DNA of 64,000 nt from IMG/VR virus record IMGVR_UViG_3300020048_000098, positions 1 through 64,000 of that record. One strand, 5' to 3'. Positions 58,114-64,000 of this stretch are shown here, one piece after another. A program made the position numbers and the translations under genes. The stretch's first letter is position 1; each line of letters opens with the position of its first letter. Source of the DNA: an uncultured virus (IMG/VR IMGVR_UViG_3300020048_000098). Taxonomy: Duplodnaviria > Heunggongvirae > Uroviricota > Caudoviricetes. The notes beneath the pieces were generated by a model that did not search any database, was not told where the DNA came from, and worked only from the letters and a program-made list of their open reading frames with translations.

Positions 58114-59221
58114 CTGCCCCAGTTTTAAGGTTTGCAACACTGTATAGGTTATTAGTGGTATTCTCTAATTGTTTCCTAGTTTTAGATAGGGTATTAATAC
58201 CTGAAGCAGCAATTAGGGACTTACGTAATTTAGAGTTAGTCCTAATAACTTCATCGAAGTTATCCATACTGCTTGCAACCTTATCCTCACCAAAGTAAAC
58301 TGCATTACCCCGTTTTTCAACTACCTGTAATCTTAGGAATACTTCATTCAAACCATTATATTTATCGTACCCGATATCATCCCCAGCTTCATCGGTAAAG
58401 TATACCTTAGTATGGAAACTTGGTTTAGGGGGTGCAATCTTATTCTTATGTACCCGGAATGATACCTCATTACCTAATCTACTAGGATTAGTTTTAGTAC
58501 CCCCTTTGATTTGTTTACCTCTGTAAAGGAATACCCGTTGAGAAGCAAAGAATTTCATAGCACCACCCCCTGGAGTTGTATCGGCTTCCTCATACATAGA
58601 AGCACCTACTTTAGCACGGAGTTGGTTAATGCAGATTGTACATATCCCAAGTGAGTCCAGGATAGGATTTCTTAGCCTAATCATTTTATAGATTGCTTTA
58701 GCGCGGTTACCCATTTCTGCTTTACTATCCAATAGGGTTGAGTCCATATTCTGTTCGCAATCCAGGGCAGCAAGGGAATCTATGATTAAAACGATAGGCT
58801 CATTATTTACTAGTACCTTTCTTAGTTCTAATACCATATCCCCAATCCAGTCCCCAATCTTCTCAATTGAAATCTCGGGAAGGATATATACCTTTTCTAG
58901 GTTAACCCCATTTTGAATTGCCCAGCCAGCAGTAAATGCCCTTTCAGCATCTACGAATAAACCAACTCCCCCTAGTGCTTGAGCAACTGATAAGAAGTCT
59001 AATGCTAAAAGGGTTTTACCTGATGACTCTTCACCAGCTAATTCTAACATTCTTCCATAGAGTATACCACCACCCAATGCTTCGTTAATACCGATATTCC
59101 TGGATGGAAGCCATATAGCGTCTTCTTTAGGTACGCATATATCAGAAGCCAGCCCGGCGTTTGGATATTTCCGGGCTATATCTGACTTTCTTTTTATTCC
59201 TATTTTACTTATCTTGGCCAT
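58100..59221 (-). CDS. recA: RecA/UvsX recombinase
   Basis: Walker A GEESSGKT, FVDAE, IIDSLA, INQLR, TPGGGAMKF, KNKIAPP. Confidence 0.95.
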   Translation of the reverse strand: MAKISKIGIKRKSDIARKYPNAGLASDICVPKEDAIWLPSRNIGINEALGGGILYGRMLELAGEESSGKTLLALDFLSVAQALGGVGLFVDAERAFTAGWAIQNGVNLEKVYILPEISIEKIGDWIGDMVLELRKVLVNNEPIVLIIDSLAALDCEQNMDSTLLDSKAEMGNRAKAIYKMIRLRNPILDSLGICTICINQLRAKVGASMYEEADTTPGGGAMKFFASQRVFLYRGKQIKGGTKTNPSRLGNEVSFRVHKNKIAPPKPSFHTKVYFTDEAGDDIGYDKYNGLNEVFLRLQVVEKRGNAVYFGEDKVASSMDNFDEVIRTNSKLRKSLIAASGINTLSKTRKQLENTTNNLYSVANLKTGADEEE

Positions 59222-59223
59222 GA

Positions 59224-59988
59224 TTACATATCATCATTACGAGATTTTTTTCCTTTTCTTTCTTCTTTGTCCTTGTTACGGTCCTTACGTTTTCTTCTGC
59301 TTTCAGATTCATCCTCTTCTGCATCGGGTGTAGCAGTATTAAGGAATTTAGCAAGGTATTCTTCAGTTTCCTCATAAGTAGGAATGATACCTTTAACCAT
59401 CTCTTCAAGGTTAATTGGTTTTGACCAACCCTTTGGACCTGCCGTATTTTTGCAGGGAGAAACAGTATATTCTGTATCTAATTTACCTTTACCTTCACGG
59501 GTAAGTTTTAAATCGTAACCATCTTCTGGGTCAGTGAAATCCCCCCAATCATCTTCATCAAGGAATAGGTCAATGATTTCATTGTAAAGGGAAGCAGTGA
59601 TTTGAACAAATCTACCAGAACGTTCTTCATCTAATTCTTTACCCTTTTCATCTTTGTATACCGCTACTGGTAGTAGGTATTTGTTTTTAGGGGCAAGGAT
59701 TTTAGCTAATGCCTTATCATCATCATCCTTAGATTTTTTAAGGGATTCATATTTCTCCATGATTGCGCATGGCATTCCAAATGTAGCTGGGGATATAATA
59801 CCCTTGATTTCTGCACCCAGGTAGAATTGAACTACTTCCATTACGAAGTCTTCATCTTTACCTACTGGTAAAGGTCTAACTCTTAGTGTTCCCTCTTTTA
59901 GGAAAATAAGGTTCCCGCCCCCTTTTGAATTGTTTTTGAGGTCAGCTTTCTTAGCTTTTAACCTTTCCTTTAAACTCTGTTTCGCCAT
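59224..59988 (-). CDS. Single-stranded DNA-binding protein (gp32-like)
   Basis: LRVRPLP, DFTDPEDGYDLKLTREG....TEY; acidic tail; next to recA. Confidence 0.75.
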   Translation of the reverse strand: MAKQSLKERLKAKKADLKNNSKGGGNLIFLKEGTLRVRPLPVGKDEDFVMEVVQFYLGAEIKGIISPATFGMPCAIMEKYESLKKSKDDDDKALAKILAPKNKYLLPVAVYKDEKGKELDEERSGRFVQITASLYNEIIDLFLDEDDWGDFTDPEDGYDLKLTREGKGKLDTEYTVSPCKNTAGPKGWSKPINLEEMVKGIIPTYEETEEYLAKFLNTATPDAEEDESESRRKRKDRNKDKEERKGKKSRNDDM

Positions 59989-60008
59989 TTTTATTAGGTT
60001 TAATTAAA

Positions 60009-60467
60009 TTAACTTTGTTTCCTTAAATTAGCACTTAGCGTTTGCATCAAAAATGAACGTTGTTCAAATGATTTTACGCAGGTATCAAGAATACCTAAAT
60101 TCTCTAAAGCATCTAGGTATTCCTTATTAGCTTTGGCATATTCCTCTGATACATCAGCATGTGCTTTAGCCATATCATTGTTGTAAACTTTCCCAGTTTC
60201 GGGGTCTAGGTCATTTTTATAATCAATATAAACCTTTGACCAGGCTTTATTCCTTTCTATATCCTTATCTTCCTTAATACGGGCATATTTTTTATGTAGC
60301 ATACATAAGAACCCATAAGATTGGGGATTAACAAGCAACTCATCATTGATGTTATTCTCATTTATTACTAATTCCTCGTAAAGGTTAAATTTGAACTTTT
60401 CTTCCCCATACTTAATGGAGATGTTCATAAGGTCTGCCTTTGAAGCGTATCTGTGTAGTTTACTCAT
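60009..60467 (-). CDS. UvsY-like recombination mediator
   Basis: Helical 152-aa protein ending FEQRSFLMQTLSANLR; next to SSB and RecA. Confidence 0.55.
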   Translation of the reverse strand: MSKLHRYASKADLMNISIKYGEEKFKFNLYEELVINENNINDELLVNPQSYGFLCMLHKKYARIKEDKDIERNKAWSKVYIDYKNDLDPETGKVYNNDMAKAHADVSEEYAKANKEYLDALENLGILDTCVKSFEQRSFLMQTLSANLRKQS

Positions 60468-60496
60468 TTTCTAATGATTTAGTTAATATAGCATTA

Positions 60497-61117
60497 CTAG
60501 TTATTAAGGAATTCAGCAATCAACTTATATCTGTCCTCAATTTCCCCCCATGTATCAATACGTAATATCTTCGTGTTTGGGCAGTTATCCTTGAAGTATC
60601 TTTCGTAGGTATCTTCAAATACGGCAGTTACCATTCTTTGGTAGTATGGGTTATCAACCCTTGACCCATTATCTTCAATCTCTAAAGTTGGGTTTGAAAG
60701 GAAGATAACATGTGTTAATTCATTAAAAGCCCTCATGCAACGGTTGATAAAGAATTCACAACGGGTAGCACCCATTAGGGGAGAACATTGTAGCATGAAG
60801 TAACTTAGGTTATCTAATGGGGTTCTGTCAATAACAAAGTTATCATTTTCAGCTATGAAGGATACCCTTGCCTCTAATACTGCCTTTTGGAATTCCCAAC
60901 CAAATTCGGGGTTGATGTGTGATAACCTGATAACATCTTTATGCCCAGATTGAGTCCAGCCATATTTATTTACCAGTTCATTCTGTACTTCTTCTGCCAT
61001 AAGTAATCCTGCAGAGTTTTCTTTAAATTTTAAACCCAATCTCTCTTGGATTAGGTTTGCCTGTGTGGTTTTGCCAGAGCCGGAGTGTCCACAGAATCCT
61101 ACTTTAATTGTTTTCAT
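60497..61117 (-). CDS. P-loop NTPase / nucleotide kinase (AAA_28-like)
   Basis: GHSGSGKTT; FVIDRTPLD. Confidence 0.75.
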   Translation of the reverse strand: MKTIKVGFCGHSGSGKTTQANLIQERLGLKFKENSAGLLMAEEVQNELVNKYGWTQSGHKDVIRLSHINPEFGWEFQKAVLEARVSFIAENDNFVIDRTPLDNLSYFMLQCSPLMGATRCEFFINRCMRAFNELTHVIFLSNPTLEIEDNGSRVDNPYYQRMVTAVFEDTYERYFKDNCPNTKILRIDTWGEIEDRYKLIAEFLNN

Positions 61118-61120
61118 AAT

Positions 61121-63295
61121 TTATTTGTTTAACCAGGTTGTGTAATCTAAATTCTTATCATATTCGTGTAAGTCAGCCCAATGCCTACCTATTTCGCATT
61201 CTGCTTTCATTTTAACCTTTTCGAATTGGAACCCAAAGAATTCTTGGGTTTGGGGGTTTGAACATATCTCAATTAATTTTGGTACTAACCAATGGATATC
61301 CTCAGCTTTTACATAAAATCCCAGTGAGTCATGGACGGTGTATCTTAAATCCATGTAAGCAGGGAATTCCCCTAACCTTATTTTTTCCCATATAATAATG
61401 GCACTAAATAAAGTAAAGTAGGAAGCTGCACCTTGTATAGGAGCATTAACGGATTGGCGCATTGCTTCTAATTGTTTTCCAAACATTGAGGAGTAAACAT
61501 CTGGTAACCTACGTTTGAAACCAAAAGGGTTATATACATACCCATTCTCTTTAACGAAGGCATGTTGCTTAGCAATCCATTTTTTAATACCCGGAAATGA
61601 TTTGAACCAATCATCTAATCCCTGTTGTGCTTCCTCTACCGTACAAACCTCTTTAGTTGCATTAGTAATTGTTTCAGCTAACTTCTTGGCAGACTGCCCG
61701 TAGAGTATCCCAAAGTTGTAGGTTTTTGCCTTCTTCTTCATCTTATTTGCCCAGTCATGCCTTGGATGACTTTCATCCTTAGTCATATCCCGGAGTTCCT
61801 TATAATCCATATTTGCCATCTTTGCAGCAGTGGCAACGTGTATACTATAACCTTCCTGGAACATCTGAACCATATTCTTATCCCCTGACATCTCAGCAAC
61901 TACCCTAAGTTCTGCTTGGGAGTAGTCTAATTCCATGTGTAGGAATCCATCCGGGGGTGTAAACATTCGTTTGATATCTGCATTGGTTGTTACACGGGGT
62001 ATATTCTGCAAATTGGGTGTTTCACTACTTAACCTGCAAGTTACAGTCCCATGTATCTTATAATTGGTATGAATCCAACCATCATCGGATGCCTCAGCTA
62101 ATATCCCTACGATATTTGTGGAATGTAACTTAGTTAAACCCCTATAATCTAGCATGGTTTCCAGGAACCCAGAATCATCCTGTTTTGCTAATTCTACCAA
62201 TACAGATTCATCAGTTGAAGGTCTTTGTGTTTCCTTCTTGGTTTTCTTATCAACGGTATATTTTACGATATCGAATTGGAATCCATATTTACTGTTGAAA
62301 AGCAATTCAATCATCTGGTTAGGACTTGCAAAATTGAAGGGTTCAAATGCTTCTAAGTCTTTTTTTGTAGTAAAGACATTGTTTATAATGTTAGATACTT
62401 TCTGCTTTCTAGTAGCTATCTGTTTTTGAATCGCAGCAACCTTCTTTTTGTCTACAATAGGTATATTTGCAGAAAGTGCTATGATTTCATCCTTGAGAAC
62501 CCTTATCATTGCCTTCTTCTTGGTTTTTAACCTTGCCTTGTCATATTTTAATACAAAAGGATGGCTGTTAAGAATAATCAGGGCATCTTCAATCTTTTTA
62601 TCGTACCTAAGTTTTAAGTCATTTAAGTATTCCATATCTAAGTGCATACCTTGGAACTCGGTTGTACCTAGAACCCTTGTAAGCATCATATTCATATTAC
62701 GGAATAACATATAAAACCCATTGTCAATACATTTCTTTTCGAATTGTAGCATTAATCGGAAAGTTGCATCGCAATCTATACCACAGTAAGTACCCATCGT
62801 ACCCATTGGAATTTTACCCCAATCTCTACCACTTTTTTCACCTAATTCCTTTTCATACCCAGCAAAGTCAGGTAAGAACCTTGCTACCATTGATTTCAGG
62901 TCATTGGGTCTTTCTTCATTCAATAGGTACTTAGCTAACATACCATCAAAGAACCTACCCATTATTCTAACTTTGCTTGATTTGAACCATTTGTATTCAT
63001 ATTTGGCATTCCAAGCTATTTTAGTAATCTTTGGGTCAGACATAACCCCTTTACCGAATTTCTGCAGGATTCTTTCCCACTCACCCTTGAAAGGGGACTC
63101 ATGGTGCCCTAATGGGATTATCCAGGTATTACCGGGTTGGAATGATACCCCTAACATTAATGGGATAGAGTAATCCTCGTAGTATTTTAAGTCCAGGGTT
63201 TCAAAGTCAATACAGGCATACCCTGTCTCTTTACAATAAGAAATCAGAGTTTCTAGCTCTGATTCCGTGTTAACCCAATTTAAGGTCGTTCTCAT
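61121..63295 (-). CDS. polA: Family A DNA polymerase with 3'-5' exonuclease
   Basis: Exo DFET, WNAKYE, YCGIDCD; RLSSETPNLQNIP; motif A DYSQAELR; motif B KAKTYNFGILYG; motif C VHDS. Confidence 0.95.
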   Translation of the reverse strand: MRTTLNWVNTESELETLISYCKETGYACIDFETLDLKYYEDYSIPLMLGVSFQPGNTWIIPLGHHESPFKGEWERILQKFGKGVMSDPKITKIAWNAKYEYKWFKSSKVRIMGRFFDGMLAKYLLNEERPNDLKSMVARFLPDFAGYEKELGEKSGRDWGKIPMGTMGTYCGIDCDATFRLMLQFEKKCIDNGFYMLFRNMNMMLTRVLGTTEFQGMHLDMEYLNDLKLRYDKKIEDALIILNSHPFVLKYDKARLKTKKKAMIRVLKDEIIALSANIPIVDKKKVAAIQKQIATRKQKVSNIINNVFTTKKDLEAFEPFNFASPNQMIELLFNSKYGFQFDIVKYTVDKKTKKETQRPSTDESVLVELAKQDDSGFLETMLDYRGLTKLHSTNIVGILAEASDDGWIHTNYKIHGTVTCRLSSETPNLQNIPRVTTNADIKRMFTPPDGFLHMELDYSQAELRVVAEMSGDKNMVQMFQEGYSIHVATAAKMANMDYKELRDMTKDESHPRHDWANKMKKKAKTYNFGILYGQSAKKLAETITNATKEVCTVEEAQQGLDDWFKSFPGIKKWIAKQHAFVKENGYVYNPFGFKRRLPDVYSSMFGKQLEAMRQSVNAPIQGAASYFTLFSAIIIWEKIRLGEFPAYMDLRYTVHDSLGFYVKAEDIHWLVPKLIEICSNPQTQEFFGFQFEKVKMKAECEIGRHWADLHEYDKNLDYTTWLNK

Positions 63296-63707
63296 ATATC
63301 CTTTCTACGTTTACACCACATTTCATTAATAAATCAATTCCCTCTGTAGTTCTGTAGGGGGTTAGGTATACTACAGTTTGAATACCTGCCTGTACTATTA
63401 ATTCAGCACATTTTCTGCAAGGCCCAGATGTACAGTATAAAGTAGCACCTATTAAGGATATACCGAATCTGGCAGCATAAGAAATAGCATTAGCTTCGGC
63501 ATGTACGGTATTTAAGCAAGGGTTATCGGCATTACAATTTTCATCAGTGCAATGTGGTAAACCCTTTATTGAACCATTATACCCAGTTACTATTATCCTA
63601 CCATCCTTAGTAACGGTGCAACCCACCTTTCCCCTGTTGCAAGTGGAGCGTTGCGATACGACGAGTGCTATCTGCATCGCCATCTGAATTCTTGAAATCC
63701 TTGCCAT
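63270..63707 (-). CDS. dCMP deaminase
   Basis: RSTC...VG, GYNG, HAEANA, PCRKC. Confidence 0.92.
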   Translation of the reverse strand: MARISRIQMAMQIALVVSQRSTCNRGKVGCTVTKDGRIIVTGYNGSIKGLPHCTDENCNADNPCLNTVHAEANAISYAARFGISLIGATLYCTSGPCRKCAELIVQAGIQTVVYLTPYRTTEGIDLLMKCGVNVERIYENDLKLG

Positions 63708-63996
63708 ATTTTATTTTGTTTAGTAATTTATCCCTCCTATTATTATAGTGGGAATCAAAACCTTGCTGTTCCTCCCTAGATAGTTTTGCTATCTGCAGTG
63801 CAATAAAGAACTGAGCATGTGCCAATTCCTCAATAAACTTTTCTTTAGTTTGCTTGTCCTTCTTGCCATTTACGATTTTACAGAGTGGGTGAGTTAACTC
63901 TGCCATTTCCTCTATCAACTTAACTTGGGAGTAGTTAACCCCCAAGTTTTTGTCTGATGCCGATATGATTTCTTTTAAACTATTCAGCTGGTTCAT
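63607..63996 (-). CDS. MazG-like NTP pyrophosphohydrolase
   Basis: KLIEEMAEL...EELAH (ExxE...EExD-like, with D replaced by H). Confidence 0.6.
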   Translation of the reverse strand: MNQLNSLKEIISASDKNLGVNYSQVKLIEEMAELTHPLCKIVNGKKDKQTKEKFIEELAHAQFFIALQIAKLSREEQQGFDSHYNNRRDKLLNKIKYGKDFKNSDGDADSTRRIATLHLQQGKGGLHRY

Positions 63997-64000
63997 ATCC

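Noticed and set aside
63607..63707. 101-bp overlap of MazG-like and dCMP deaminase genes as a recoding signal
   Set aside because: No slippery site seen; shorter tail overlaps are common in this genome (e.g. 11275-11309, 49214-49245), so probably a run-on C-terminus
1..64000. Stop-codon reassignment, introns/inteins, tRNAs, integrase
   Set aside because: Core genes (TerL, major capsid, PolA, RecA) are intact and of normal length in the standard code, TAG, TAA and TGA all serve as stops, and no cloverleaf or recombinase motif was recognised by eye

Overview
The window is a 64-kb piece of a large lytic, contractile-tailed (myovirus-type) dsDNA phage genome. Its host is very probably in Bacteroidota: eleven minus-strand promoters match the Bacteroidota TTG-N20-TAnnTTTG consensus, and start codons have A-rich upstream regions. 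Layout: (i) 1-28.7 kb, minus strand: virion and lysis operon, in transcription order a divergent C5 DNA methyltransferase, L,D-peptidase-like lysin, spanin-like protein, TerL, portal, protease/scaffold, decoration protein, major capsid, neck, sheath, tube, chaperone with a -1 frameshift, tape measure, baseplate and fibres. (ii) 28.8-32.9 kb, plus strand: small accessory genes (GNAT, DUF3310, Zn-finger). (iii) 33.0-35.9 kb: an unusual junction region. (iv) 36-52 kb, minus strand: early/host-takeover genes driven by the 11 near-identical promoters, most carrying a tandem GGYAAT box. (v) 51-64 kb: replication, recombination and transcription genes (ligase, sigma4-like protein, NusG paralog, resolvase, SbcCD, 5'-3' exonuclease, RecA, SSB, UvsY-like, PolA, dCMP deaminase, MazG-like). 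The most striking signal is a 1.29-kb two-gene island (33181-34470) with one GG and no CC, against about 39 GC+CG dinucleotides by hand count. Its proteins contain no Gly or Trp, and the single GG encodes the conserved Pro of a motif shared by four phage proteins. G-tracts and GGCCT motifs flank the island on both sides, with GCTCCTAC repeats on the right, in a genome that is otherwise CC/GG-rich and encodes a divergent cytosine methyltransferase. This suggests a modification-free segment, possibly at a genome terminus or injected first; that interpretation is a hypothesis. No tRNA, rRNA, CRISPR array or integrase was recognised. All protein calls come from motif recognition by eye, not database searches.
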